DNA from: Bigelowiella natans CCMP2755
Taxonomy: Eukaryota > Protista > Cercozoa
Assembly (NCBI GenBank): GCA_000320545.1
Contig: ADNK01001868.1
Location: 1 to 58,368, forward strand
Length of the DNA stretch: 58,368 nucleotides
Direction: 5' to 3'
The position numbers and the translations under genes were made by a program. The notes beneath the pieces are model-generated. The model ran no database searches. It was not told the DNA's origin and was given only the letters and a program-made list of their open reading frames with translations. The first letter of the stretch is position 1. Every line of letters starts with the position of its first letter. Of this stretch, positions 1-12,909 are shown piece after piece.

Positions 1-583
1 GCGCTTTCCGACACAGTTCGGTCCTGTGAAGGGGGGGGTATCGAAGGATGCGGGGAGCGATGATATGAGTACGTCTGGGAGATGCTCCGAGGTCAGGACT
101 CGCTTGAACCTCAGTGTAGAGGAGGTGCACCGGCGCATCGTTTCTCTGTCGGCGCCCAGCTTGTCGCGGCTAGCTCGAGCGTGCGATGTAGGGGTGTGGA
201 GAGCAGCCCTGGCTGACATCCCGCCTGAAGCTGCATTTGCGGTCGTTACACGATGCTGCGCCCTCTCGCCCGGTGATGCAGAGAGCGACGACGGAGAGGG
301 GGAGGAGGAGGAGGAGGAGGAGGAGGAGGAGGAGGAGGGGGGGCGAGAAGAAGACGACGGAGGCAATCTGCTTCGAGCAGGTAGAGCCCCGGCAGCAGTA
401 GCGACGCAGGAGAGGGGTCAGGACGGGGAGCACCTTGAGGTGATCATCAATGCGCTGGGCTTGCATGATGAGGCTGCCGAACGTGACGCGCTGCGGCATT
501 TATTCCGGAGGCGAGATGACTTTGTGAGGCGGGCTCTCCTCGAGGAGCTTGGCAAGGACTTCGGTCTTCGGGAGTCTGCATGA
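1..583 (+). CDS. 3' end of a hypothetical protein with a poly-Glu tract (5' part probably outside the window)
   Basis: GC-rich open frame ending ...LEELGKDFGLRESA* at 583, followed by an abrupt change to spacer-type sequence. No recognisable domain. Confidence 0.45.
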   Translation, partial: RFPTQFGPVKGGVSKDAGSDDMSTSGRCSEVRTRLNLSVEEVHRRIVSLSAPSLSRLARACDVGVWRAALADIPPEAAFAVVTRCCALSPGDAESDDGEGEEEEEEEEEEEEGGREEDDGGNLLRAGRAPAAVATQERGQDGEHLEVIINALGLHDEAAERDALRHLFRRRDDFVRRALLEELGKDFGLRESA

Positions 584-1397
584 ATCACATGATGATTCGC
601 GGCGATCGCTAGATCGGCAGACAGCATGCTAGCATGATCAAGTATACAAGCTATGATCTGAAGTCGGAACAAAGCGCGGTATACGATGCAACAAGCCGTA
701 CCATCACAGTAGCCAATGACCAAGCAACACGATAATAGACACATCATCACGCACAGCTTTGTGTTTCACCCATTATACCATTTATTGTACGTACGCTTTG
801 ATAAATTAATGCATAAAACAATGTACAATAGATAATGCATGTGTACCCCAGCCATGGGTAGGCACGTTTATAGTAAGCAGGCTAAGTTCGTTCCCAACAT
901 TAAATACAGAAGTAAATAAGTTTTTAAACTGCACACAGACACGACTTGCAGGCGCCAAGCAACGCATGTACGTTGCATCTATACATCTCAACATAGAGCT
1001 GTAATGATCATATAAGTAGTGCGACGCGTCGCATTATTTACAGCATTTAGCTAGTTAGCTAGTATACGCCAATACTTAGACACTGCCGTCACACGCTGCA
1101 CAAAATATCCGCCCATGGCCTTATTTGCCGCATTACTGGTTCGCAATACACTGGGAAAGATCATGGCTTGGCATAGCATGGCGCAAAAGATTCAGAAAGA
1201 TAGCCCGCCAAAATGTATTACAAGGACTGGCACAAATATGGCCCAAAAAATCCCCAATATTTTGACAATTTTTGTCGACAGAAGATCTTCATTATGCTTG
1301 CGAAGGCCGTTGAATCTTCGCCTCATACTCCTCCCCCACGGCAACTCGCGTAATTATAGCAACGCTCTCTACTGGCCTGCTGCAGCCGACATCCAAG

Positions 1398-1660
1398 CTA
1401 AGGCGTAAGCTTTTCTACGAGCTCATCAATGCTAAGATCGGTCTGGTCTTTGGAGTTGAGGTTCTTCAGGACTACTCTCTCATCCTTCCATTCTGTAGGT
1501 GCAACGCTCACCCAGTAGCTCGCACCCACCCGATCCGTGTGCTTCAGTATCTTGGTAAGAAGAGGCAGCAACAACAATAACAACAACATCTCTCAATTTG
1601 ATGAGGACGTGCGGCGCGGGTTTTGACAAGAAATTGGCTGCTTGCATGCATGCGTTGCCG

Positions 1661-1707
<47 letters not shown>

Positions 1708-4700
1708 GTAAATATAAACTACTCTCTCGATTTGAACAAAGCAGTTGTGCAAGTAGTTGGAAAACGCCGTCATCGAAAAGACGATTCGTATATACCTGCT
1801 TTGGTTTCTTGACATCCAGCATGAGGTCCACGTCCAGGCCAGCTCCTCTAAGTTTTGAAGCAACCTTTGGTGGCCGCGCAGCGGGAGGGCGAGAGCAAGA
1901 GAGGGGGGGGGGGGGGGGGGTAATCGTGCGAGGAAAAAATATGAACTTCCAAAAAGGTGCGCGCGCGCGCGCGTAGGTGCAGAGGGGATATCGAAAGATT
2001 GTTTCAGAAATTGTGTTTGTCTAAATTTTTGCAAAAGGAGATACCCAATATAACAGCAACGATGATACGGTGAATACCAAAATCTCGGTCCCCATCGGCA
2101 TCATGAGAAATCAGCATCTATCATCCTACCTTCGCAGCGACGGGCTGTAAGGCGGTCTCGAAGGCCGAGACGACTACGGGTATGTTTGGAGAGGCAAAGC
2201 TCGGCATCTTCCCTTTGGCCCTGACAGCAGCAATAATAGACACGAATGGAGGAGGAGGAGGAGGAGGAGAAGGGTGAGGGAAGTGTACAACAACAATAGC
2301 AAGACTTGCTGCGGTCAAGCCGCTACAACAGGAAAAGAAGTAGTAATGGAAGCAATGGAAGCGTAATGTTCTTCTGCGTTGGTGGTGGTGGCGTTACTGC
2401 TGCTGCTGCTGCTGGTGGTGGTGGTGGTGGCCCTACATGAGAAGCTCGGCGATGACCGCATCCCCAAAACCAAACCCGACCGCAGGTAGAGCTTCCCCCC
2501 CGAAGGATCCCAGTAGCTTGTCGTACCGACCTCCGCCGCAGATTGCTCGAAACTAATAAAGGGGTACCATGAGGAGAGGGGGGGGGGGGTGCGGTAAAGT
2601 AAATGTCGCGAACCGCAACGAACGACCGACGATGGCAAAAACTGGTAGAGCAGATACAAGCAGCTTTCGAAAGAGAAAAAGATTCGTTTCTCCTCCTCCT
2701 CCTCCTCCTCCTCCTCATCCTCCTCCTCCTTTCCCCCTCCGCCTGTCTACTCCGTTATTTCTCCCCCTCCTACTCCTCCTCCTCCTCCTCCTCCTCCTCC
2801 CTCAGGTCACACCTCTCCTTTCCGATCAAATCCTTCAAACACGATGCCGGTGTAGTAAGCAAGTCCTCGCACGACGCTAGCGTCAAACACCAGCCAATCC
2901 TTATACCCATACGCCTCTGCCAGATCGAAGAGGTTCCTTAATTCACCGAGCGCCTTAGAGTCTTTACCAACAAGCTCTTGCATGGCATCAAGGTCCTTCG
3001 TCTGCAGCACCTCCAGAATGCGATCAATGACCGGCATTTCCAGCCCGACCGCTTGCATCTCCTTCTCAATCGCCTCGCGAGGCATCTTCTCGAGCTTATC
3101 GACCTGCGGCGACGATATCACGCAGAGGAGGAGGAGGAGGAGGAGGCAGCAGCAAAGGCCATTAAAACAACGAGCAACAACGTGCCGATGAGCGACCGAG
3201 GGCTGCATGGGTAGGAGGGGGTTGGCGTGCATGGTTTTTTTTCGGGTGGGAAATGAAAGCTCTGCCCGCGTCTATTTCCTTTTTTTCCTTTTCTGGCTTT
3301 TTAATTACCAAGACGCATGTTTGCGCGAACTTCTCTTCGGGGACGCCGAGCCCTAGGAGGATCTCCTGAATTGCACCTGCACACGCAGGGTGAGGGGGGG
3401 GAAGCAGCAGCGGCAAGGACAACATCAACTTCCATAATTGCTGCAAACAAATAGAATATAATATAATATATACTGAGGGTACTCAAAGGTAATGATCGTT
3501 TCATCCTGCGACATGGTCTAAGACAAGCCGTGCCGCACGTTATTGCGTGCTCCTCGAAACTAGCTGAGAAGCAGCTGCTCTTTTGAACATGTTGGGCGAA
3601 AATGGCCAGTGGTAGACGGAACAGTGCAAATTGGAAGAGGGGGTGACGGAGAGCATATTGGGTAAAATTTGCACCTCATAGACCCTCTTTCAAGTATCTC
3701 AAGAAAACGATATGATGCTCATTCAAATATTGGGAAGAAGAAGAAGAAGAAGAGGAAGAAGAAGCGGAGGAGTGAATTAACCTCGCGAGTTGACTTTGAT
3801 GCCGATGTCATTCGATGTCAGTCCGACTTGCTCGAAGAACGAGGTAATGGCGCTCAGGAGCTCCGCCTCGGCCGTCACGCCTGCGACTCCCCAAATATCC
3901 ATGTTCCACTGCGAGGTAGGGGTGGAGAATCCATGAGATGAATCTAACACACGCACACACACGCACATACACGCACACATGCAAAATATGTAAAACAGGA
4001 GAGTGCTTGGAGCACCTGGAAGTGCTCGCGTCTTCGACCCCTGGTCATCCTCTCATAGCGCCAGCATTGAGGAAGGCTGTACCACTTCAGAGGGAGGGGC
4101 AGCCCCCTTTGCTTCGCCATCACCATGCGTGCGAGGGATGGCGTCATTTCAGGCCGTAGCGATACGCGGCGCCCGCCTTTATCTTCGAAGTTATACAGTT
4201 GTTGCGTGACCTCTTCTCCAGCTTTGCGGATATAGAGATCCTCATTCTCCAGCTAACCGTTTCAAAAGATTATGTGCATAAGCGTACGCGTGGCGGGGAA
4301 ATCTCTGGTGTTACTGTACCACAGGAGCGTCGTATTCTTCGAATCCATATTGAGCAGCGACGGACTTCCACATGCCGAACATCCAGTTTCTGCGAAGAAG
4401 CATAGACGGGGGGAATGAACGACGAACGCCATCAACACATCGAGGAGATATAACGGAAGATCGGCAAGAGAGGCTAGTAGAATGTGCGAGTGAATACCTT
4501 TGTCTCATTTCATCAGGGTAGAAATCTCTCGTACCCTTTGGCGGGTTAAGATCCATCTTTTTTTGCTTTTTTGCCGGAGCATCCCGCTTCGACTCATCCT
4601 GCTTTACAGCCGCACTAGATCTTCCGCTTGATGCTGCTGCCTCATTCGCGAATGAACGGATGTTTTTCAGCATTGTCCTTCTCAGTGGGGAGATTCTTCT

Positions 4701-4957
4701 GTGAGATCTAAGCATGATCCTAAGGAAAGTAATATATAGCTTACATTCGTGAAAGGTCGGTCGAGCTTTAGTGTGTGGTACCCTGTGTGGTAGCCCGGCA
4801 GAGAGGAGGGGGCTATAGCTACTGGGGATTTAATCACCCTCCCAAGCATCCTGGATCTAAACTTCATCATTGTGGCCAGAGGAATGGCAGTGACGCAAAC
4901 AGTTATGAGGAGGACGAGGAAGGGGGAGAGGTTCCTCAGCAACGAGGGGCCAGCCAT
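1398..4957 (-). CDS. HARS: Histidyl-tRNA synthetase, organellar type, with bipartite targeting leader; about 11 exons
   Basis: Spliced motifs [90 protein letters not shown], plus the C-terminal anticodon-binding region ending ...[11 protein letters not shown] at 4957 begins a hydrophobic signal ([18 protein letters not shown]). Confidence 0.95.
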
Positions 4958-5964
4958 TGGCGGTGGGTGGGTTAAGGCTGTCGACGTATACCTGAAATTG
5001 ACGACAGATGCGTGCGATTTTTTACGTGCGACAAGATTCATGGTAACGTGGAGTAAAAACAAATCCCAAGGACTACAGTCTCTGCGACAATATCATTCTG
5101 TCGAATCCCGCGAAATTACAGCTGTGCAGAATCCGAAGTTGCGACAACACCCTTTCTGGCTTCCGACGAGCCGAGAAGAAAGCAAATCTTCGTACAACGA
5201 CGGTACGACACAGTCTGTTTTGAACAGAAGCAGGGAATTTTGTCCATACCAGGCTATGTTTTTGTTGGGGGCATATCCTAGCCTGAGACCCCTTACTTTC
5301 ACCAGAAACAGCAACAGCCGCCAGGTCAGCTCCGAATTCGAGTGAACGCAGCATGTTTTCGTTGGGTTCTTCCGCGCAGTTGCTGTCACAAGCCCGGAAG
5401 GCGATGGATGGTACACCCGAGAGGGTACGCGCGAAATCTGTGAATTTCGTCCTCATTCAAAGGAAATGCAGGACGTTTTTATGAGTAAAACAGTTGAAGG
5501 TGCCATTTCTTGTTCTAAAGCATACATCTACGACGGCTGCTGTTTTAAGTACCTGCTCTTTCTCTCAAGGTTCCTCCTTTCACAAAAACGCAGGTATTGG
5601 AATCATTTGAGACATCCCCTTTTACTTATTGAACACGATAATGCAGCAAATTTCGAAAAATTAAATGTCGGCCATTCAACAATGAGCGGGGTGAAAGTGA
5701 TAAGTAAGACTCGGAAATCCCCACAATTCAAAACAAGGACCCCGCGAAGGGTGCATCTGCAAGAATTAGGAACAGAGAGGGAGGTCACTTCTCAGTACCA
5801 TCCCCTTCTACGAATTTGCGACGAAGAATTAACTCACTACTAACCCCTTGACCTTAAACGTGGGATCTCTCTTTGCCATTCGGATCATAAACCCAATAAT
5901 ATTCCAGAATCGTATTTCGAAAAGATCTTTCACGTGAAGAAGAAGAAGCCAATTCACAGAAATT

Positions 5965-6201
5965 ATGGAAAGCCCGACACCACCGAAGTATCCTTCGAGC
6001 GGCCGATGTGCCGAATGTATGGGCATATGCGATGACTCAAATCTGTATGAGTACTGTCCTCAATGCGGCTCATTTCGGGTATCAAATTCAGACTGTTTGA
6101 TTCAGAAATTCATAATCTCTCTTCCTTAATATCTTCTATGCTTTATCGTCTCTCTCGTTTATAATCTTTCAATTTGTTCTCTCCTCCCTCTCTTGCTCTT
6201 G

Positions 6202-6234
<33 letters not shown>

Positions 6235-6960
6235 CCTCTCCCTCTCTCACGCTCACTGTTTTACACGTCAGTTTTCAGTATGCGAGGATTGTGGCTCCAG
6301 ATGCAGTGCTGTTTGCAGGGCGGATGGCTCAAATCGCGACCGTCAAAGTTGCAAGTCCCATCTAGAACTAACGAAGATCAGCAAGAAAAATCTTCCCCGA
6401 AAAGCCCATCGAAGCTATACGCAGCAACATCACATAGAGGCGATGCGAGCAACGCCGCCGCCCCGAAATAAGTTTGTTCCTGTGGAACCTCCAGAATTTA
6501 AAGCAACTCCAAAGTCCAAAACCCGAGAGAGGATGAGCCCCGTGAGAGTTGCATGGGATAGATGCGCAGAGTGCATGCAAGAGTGCCCTCAATCGAGCAT
6601 GTTCGAATACTGCCCCTGTTGTGGATCCTACCGGGTGAGTTTCTACATCCTGCGTTGTTGCTTTTTCTCCCGGTAATTGTTAATGAACCTATTTTTTTAT
6701 GATAATCAATTCAGATGTCCGTATGCGAAAATTGCAGCCGTTCTTGTAGCATCGCATGCCTGGCCGACAAGAAAGACATTGACGGAAGCGAAGACCTGGA
6801 TTGGACCAGCGTGCTGGAACCCTGCAAGAACAAGCATGCTAAAAAGAAACAATATAAGAAGAAACGGAAAAGAATGGGGACGTCAAGTGATCATATAGCT
6901 GGTATTGCGAACAAAAAGTCCCGTGTTCGAAAGCTTAGCAAATACTTTAATGATTTATGA
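5965..6960 (+). CDS. Hypothetical protein with two tandem 9-Cys modules and a basic C-terminus
   Basis: Exons 5965-6078, 6272-6634 and 6715-6960 join in frame through GT-AG phase-0 introns. Modules: CAECMGICDDSNLYEYCPQCGSFR|FSVCEDCGSRCSAVC and CAECMQECPQSSMFEYCPCCGSYR|MSVCENCSRSCSIAC. The start may lie upstream (ATG 5682). Confidence 0.7.
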
Positions 6961-7511
6961 AAATATATATAAGAGGGAATGGTAACCATGGATACTTTCT
7001 GGTACCATAGCTTCTTGTTCATAGAAATTACAATTTCTCTAGATTTTATTTTATGTTAGAGCATCATACAGAGAAAGCCTAACAGTAGAAATAATTTACT
7101 AATAGTACAGCATAGATTCGCTTATGTAAATCATTTGGCCCAAAGGTTGGAGTGTTGGTAGTAGCATTTCGACTTCGCATCTATTTTCTTAAGCAATAAA
7201 CCAACATGCGTGTCTGCCCATGCACATGTTCATCCTAACAGCAATGTTGGGAGACAGCTATGAGTGAACGAGACGGTCAAGCGATGCATGCATCGCGCAA
7301 CAGCGTGCAGCGTAAGCTAGCTAGCTTAACTAGCTTGACATGCAATTAGCTGTCCCAGCACTAACTAGATTAAGCGCAAAATTATAAAATAAAGCAACAA
7401 TGCAACGTAACGACTCGGATGAGAGCGATTCTGCGTATATGCGAATCGTTCTCGCAAGAACTTTGCGTATTCGAGGAAGGCCAGCATGTAAAGCTTGACG
7501 AGCACACAGCA

Positions 7512-7543
7512 CTAGCTAGCTAGCTAGCTAGCTAGCTAGCTAG
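7512..7543. repeat. (CTAG)8 palindromic tetranucleotide tandem repeat in a convergent spacer
   Basis: Read directly. Shorter copies of the same unit at ~7314-7335 and ~52972-52995. Confidence 0.9.
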
Positions 7544-7796
7544 AGCATGCATGTAGTAACATTGCCAAATTTGTTGTTCGTGTGTCCACAATGAACATGT
7601 CTAGATGCGTGTACGCGATGTGCTGACTTTGCACCACTAGCAGTGCTTGCTAGCTTGGTCCATGATCGATGTCGATCTAGTCACAAAATTGTCACGTCGT
7701 GCAGTACCTACACCAACAGATAGAGCTAGCTGGAAAGTTCCAATTGGAGCACCAATGAGGCTGCTTACTCAAATGCGTACCTCACAAACGAAGTCC

Positions 7797-9489
7797 TTAT
7801 TCAGGAAGCTCCACCAGGATCCTTTCTGCCGCAATTATGGCTTTTTGTATCATAATTTTCATGTCTTCGATTTTCAGAGTCTTCTCATCAGACATTCCAG
7901 TGCCGCTATTTGTGGCTTTGTCAGCCTCGTTGGATTTAACTAGTAGCCTTCCTAGCAGGGCCTCCGCTTTTGTGAGGCTCGAAATGGCCTCTGAAGGGTC
8001 GATCACAATTTTACTCATTATCCCAGGAATACAGAACGACGATGGTACGCAGTCGTCGATGTAGAAGTTATGGTCAGTGATGTCTCACCATTCAAGAGCA
8101 TCCATCACGAATACGTGCAGTTTCATATGTGTACATGTATAAATACTACGGTCGGAAAAACACAGGGAAAATGTGTTATGCATGTGTATAGCTTTAGTTC
8201 AGACAATTATATGATATGGATTTTTTGTTGATGTTGATGATGATGGCTACATATGTGTATGTGTGTATGTGTGCATTTGTGCATTTTCAAGCGGTAAGCA
8301 ATTGCACCTTCGCAGAGGCCTTCAAGGGTTTCCATCCGCTCGATGTCGGCGGGAGATATGATTAGATTCAGTGCCTCACCTTTAGGCTTCCCTCCGAACC
8401 GCTCCTTGAGTCTATTAAGTCTGGTAGAGGTCAGATAAGAACGAGTATGGGTTTCTTGGTGTACTAATTATCAAATGATATCTATGTTATATTTTACATT
8501 AGTTTGTGTGTATTCGTGTTCTGTGTAATCATGAATGAGGGAGAGAGGAAGCTATAAAGCGATCATAAGAATAGGGCAAAATCACATTATCTCATATTTA
8601 GTTGTTTAAAAGTTGTACTGATGATGGTAGTAGCAGCAGCAGTAACAACATCAGTATCAAAAGCTATATAGTACGGTTGCAGGAGTGGAGGCGGTCGGTT
8701 GATCGTGTTCTTGTAGGCTGCAATCTCGCCCAAAATCGGCAAATGGGTGCGTAGTGAGGCTTGTGCACCGCCAATCAAAGGTAGCGCAGAAGTTTCTAGG
8801 AAATCTTGCTCCCCCAGTTTCCGCACAACGACTTGCAAATCCTCAATAGCCTCGCGTGTTGACCTGCCGAACCAAATTTGAAAAGGGGAGGTTCTCAAGA
8901 ATTGTAGACGCCCCTAGCGTATACTCGTCTTTCTGGGTTACCGTTCGCTCTGCTCCCGGAAAGCAAAGAGGTCAGCCGGTGTCGTCTCGTCGTTTTCTAC
9001 TGGCTTGATCATCTGCAGATTGTTCTTGATGGTGACGATAATAACATGATGGCAGTGACGGCGAGGGAGCTAGAAGGTCATACTGATGGACTAACAGATT
9101 GTCACTCAGAACCGCATGACTGTTTTTGTCATTGTTTATGACACTCAGCTGACCTCGAAGTTGAAGGGATTAAAAGCTCCATTGGTGGTGGCAGCGTCGC
9201 TGCCCCTCGCGGCGATTATTCCGGTCGAGGAGGCGACTGTACTTGCTACCAATGCAATAGAATGCAATTTAATATCATGTATAATCGTGGCTCTGCTTAT
9301 ATGCGCCCGTGGCGGTGGACTCTTGCGCGTCGCCCCAACAACAACGGCCGCGAGAGCTGTCGCGATCAACGCTGTCGCCATCCTCACTGCGCCGCCTATG
9401 CATAGAGAACATTAGAATGAGGAAGGGAAGACGATAACGCATCTCTCTCTAGCACTGCTACCATCTACATTCTGCTTTGGGCCCTCCAT
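7797..9489 (-). CDS. Hypothetical helical protein with predicted plastid (possibly thylakoid lumen) leader
   Basis: Spliced exons MEGPKQNVD|GGAVRMATALIATALAAVVVGATRKSPPPRAHISRA...FNPFNFE|MIKPVENDETTPADLFAFREQSE|RSTREAIEDLQ...|LNRLKERFGG...|...IQKAIIAAERILVELPE*. The last acceptor is uncertain. Confidence 0.6.
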
Positions 9490-9587
9490 CCCCCCCCCAA
9501 AACAAGGACACGTTCCCACCACGTAATTCTCCCGATAGGCGTGCACAAGCACGTAGATTACTTACGACTGAAATCAGGAAATCCTCT

Positions 9588-9604
9588 TTGTCGCAGGCTG
9601 AATT
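9588..9604. promoter_or_regulatory. Candidate promoter element TTGTCGCAGGCTGAATT
   Basis: 16/17 identical to the reverse complement of 33496-33512. Both lie ~100 bp upstream of a predicted minus-strand ATG in a head-to-head spacer. Confidence 0.35.
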
Positions 9605-10192
9605 CGACCTACAATATCGTTTTCTGAATCGGCAAATGCTGATTGTCACAAACTAAAAAATACCTCCGTCTGCGAAATCCGACATCGAAAAGAAGGGATT
9701 TATTAGTATTTCTGACGAACACCAGACGGCAGGAGCATCAAAAAAAAAAACCCGGGAAAGGACTTAGATCTACATTTTGCCGTGAAACTGTCCCTTATCA
9801 GCACATAAATGCATGGCGTTTTCAGTGTCCGAGACTTTCTCCTGCATCCGGGAACCGAATCATATTTTTTGGTTTCAGCGAGTAACCGCACAACGGTCGC
9901 GTAGTAAAAATTAATTACTGCGGGATATTGTCCTTGTCGCACACGACTATTCTCCTTTATTCGTCGTAGAGCGGCGTCGGGTCAACTCGACACAACTTGA
10001 CATTTGTCAACTCTTGAATACTAAAACACTTTTATCCTCCCGAGTCCATTGTACTAAAAATCTATCACTCTCTCCCCCCCAGAAGGGTTGCTACAATTTC
10101 CTGGGACCTGAATTGTTTTGACGCAGCCTCGAGGCGAAATTTTCATCAGAGTCACCAGAGGCACCGGGAGAGTCATAGTTTGCTAGATAGAA

Positions 10193-10656
10193 ATGCCCAA
10201 TGATGGAGAGTTATATTTCTTAATGCCAGAATTCGAGGAACACAGCACACAGGAGATGCAAGCTGAGTATCCAGGCCACATGGATGATCCAACCTATTTA
10301 CCTGTATTCCCCAGCCATCGCCGACAGCCGCTAGGGTACTTAGACCCTAATGTGCCTCAGCAGGTGAGCATTCACATGTTTCAACACCTGTAAAGAAAGA
10401 AGAGACGGGTGTGAGAGGGATGAGGGGAAAATCCGATGCTTATGCTTATTAGAATGTTCGTAAATTTATCAATTTAGCTACAGCAGTACCTCACCACGCT
10501 CCCAATTGTAGATCACATCCCATTTTCTTCGTCCGTTGAATTCACAAATAAAATTCAAACAACAATAAATTAAGCATGTGATTTGGTTCGTGGGTATCTG
10601 ATATGTTAAAAATCATAATAATGATATTTATATACATAAAAATAAACAAATGGGAA

Positions 10657-10694
<38 letters not shown>

Positions 10695-12531
10695 GTATAT
10701 AGATACTTGTGAGTGTGTATGTGTATGTATGTATGTTTTAAATGATGCTGTTAATCACAGAAGAGGACCTACGAGTATGACATGCAGCTGGATAAGGAAG
10801 AATTCAAGGGAGTTGTGAAGAAGAAAACATACCTATATATAAACGGCCGCTATCGAACACGAGACATAGTTCGGGTGAGCGGTCGGAATCGTAACTGTAA
10901 CATTTCGACGGAAATTAAATTGGATCTCATAGATCTAGTATATCCGGAAAAGTCTTTACAGGAAAAGAGTGTTCAGCTGAAGGCCTTGGGGAGGAAAATG
11001 GGGAAAATAGCGATTAAAAAGTCATCCAAAGATGGAAATAACACATGCTACCTCCTCGGCAAAATTACCCTTGAAAGCAGCTTTGAAGTAACAAAAATTG
11101 AGCTGTTCATAAAGAAGGGGGGTATTCGAAAGGTACTATATCCTCCGCTCCAACAGGCTGACAATAACTGCTCAGGTTCTGATTCGCACTCTGATGACAG
11201 AACATTGTCTCAGCCAAGCAGCCAAGAAGAGCCTTCGTCGTCTTGTCCAGCCAGTAATCACGTTGAGAAGATCGAAACGCATGTTACGATGCCTCTATGC
11301 AAAGATTATTTCGACAAGGCAAGAACGCGGATGGGGGAAGCGACGTTTTCGAACTGGATTGATGTAATCGCGAAAGACGTGAAGAAAGGGCTTTCTCAGT
11401 GTACAGACCGTCGCAACGATGGCGACATTAGAATCATCGTCTTCCCCCTGAATCCGAACCACGAGGTGAAAGAGAACGATCTGTTCAAAGTCTCTTGCAG
11501 GTTCGCTGGCAAGGAATACTTCATGAAAGATGAGTGGGGAAACATGATGCCGAACCACGAGGAAATTCTGAAACTAGAGGAAAGAGTGAAAGATGTGTTT
11601 CAGAAGCTGGGTATCATCGGAATAAAAACGGAAGCACTCAAAGGAAGTATTGTCATCCTCTTTCCAATAGACCCGCACCACATGCAGGTTGCTGAGCCCT
11701 GCGGCTCAACAATCCGTCCCACGACGTCCAAAAAGCTGAAGGTATCTATTATGCTATTTCCACCACGCCTGCCTCCACAATGTTTCGAGCGACACACGCC
11801 TGATTGAGTTCTCCCCGCGATGTGGAGGTCTTTTCGGAGAACCCCAAAGCGCTCTCCTAGCGTTTTTGTAGCCGCTTGGATAAATTCAACCCGTTATGCG
11901 CATTGTTTATCCTCATTCTGAGTTCTTTTTCCTGTGTGTGTGTGTGTGTGTGTGTGGTGACAGCCTCATTGCTTGCTCCAGCACGTATTTAATCTTTTCC
12001 TCAAAAAGCGAAGGCTTATTCTCGAGTTATTCCGTCAAGCGCATCCCGGTTCGTACGCAAGCAAGTGCGCGCGGCTGTTTTACACGCTTGCTTGCTGATA
12101 AGTTCTATATTTTTATTGTGACCGTCGTTCCAGATGAGGTCCCGGAAATCAGCATCATCAAAGGCTCTTTGCTGCACGCCGCTCCCAAGGCGGTGGTAAT
12201 CTCAATCACTGCCTCTCCCCAGGCCACAAAGAGAATTCGGAAGAGCATCGAGGCTCGCAGAGGGATTTGGAAGTACGTTACCAAAGGCCAGTCGCTCGTT
12301 GTGGCCAAAGACAATAACTCTAGCTCTAGGATATGGGCCGTGGCACAGCGGAAAGCTCCTCCTCATCCCAAACTACTGCTACATCGGAGTAAGAAGGAAT
12401 CAAAAACGCTCTCCACGGCGACAAGGAAGCGAGCACGGACGCAAGAGGGACTCCACAGCGCCAGCAATCAAGACCTGAGGAAGGAAAGAGCAGCAACCCG
12501 CAGCAGCAACTTTCACTTCCGTACGTGTTAG
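10193..12531 (+). CDS. Hypothetical protein, possibly the N-terminal part of the downstream cyclin gene
   Basis: First exon 10193-~10363, a long non-repetitive exon ~10760-11741 and further exons ~11964-12520 with GT-AG boundaries. No confident domain; 3' end unresolved. Confidence 0.6.
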
Positions 12532-12778
12532 ATTCGCACAAATGATGGCACCGAGATGAAAAATCTGATTACTTGTGAATGCGTTACGTATGTATCTGAT
12601 AGCCTCTGGTTGTCTGCTGGGATCGAAGTCTGTTCAGCTCAAGCGAAGAGATTTCTCTCCTCCACAGGAGAAAGCAGCCGTCGTGATGCCGATTCATTGC
12701 TCTAGGATCGACACCATAACCACACGTAATCATAGAGAGGAAAGAGGATGAGGGAGCGAAATAGAAGAATATATATAG

Positions 12779-12821
<43 letters not shown>

Positions 12822-12909
12822 AATATTGTGATACTTAGGCAACGAATCAGGACTCCTTTCTCGCCGTACGAGTTATAATGATTATGATTATCTGTTTTCT
12901 ATTCGCAAG

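Noticed and set aside
1115-1408. 97-aa plus-strand ORF containing MAQKI twice, 60 bp apart
   Set aside because: It lies in the convergent spacer antisense to the HisRS 3' region, with only two short degenerate copies and no other coding support.
7314-7543. CTAG repeats as a CRISPR-like array or transposon end
   Set aside because: No repeat-spacer periodicity, terminal inverted repeats, target-site duplication, or cas/transposase ORF.
10782-11807. 341-aa uninterrupted ORF as a transposon or viral gene
   Set aside because: It is bounded by splice sites joining flanking exons, and I saw no RT, integrase, DDE or capsid motifs.
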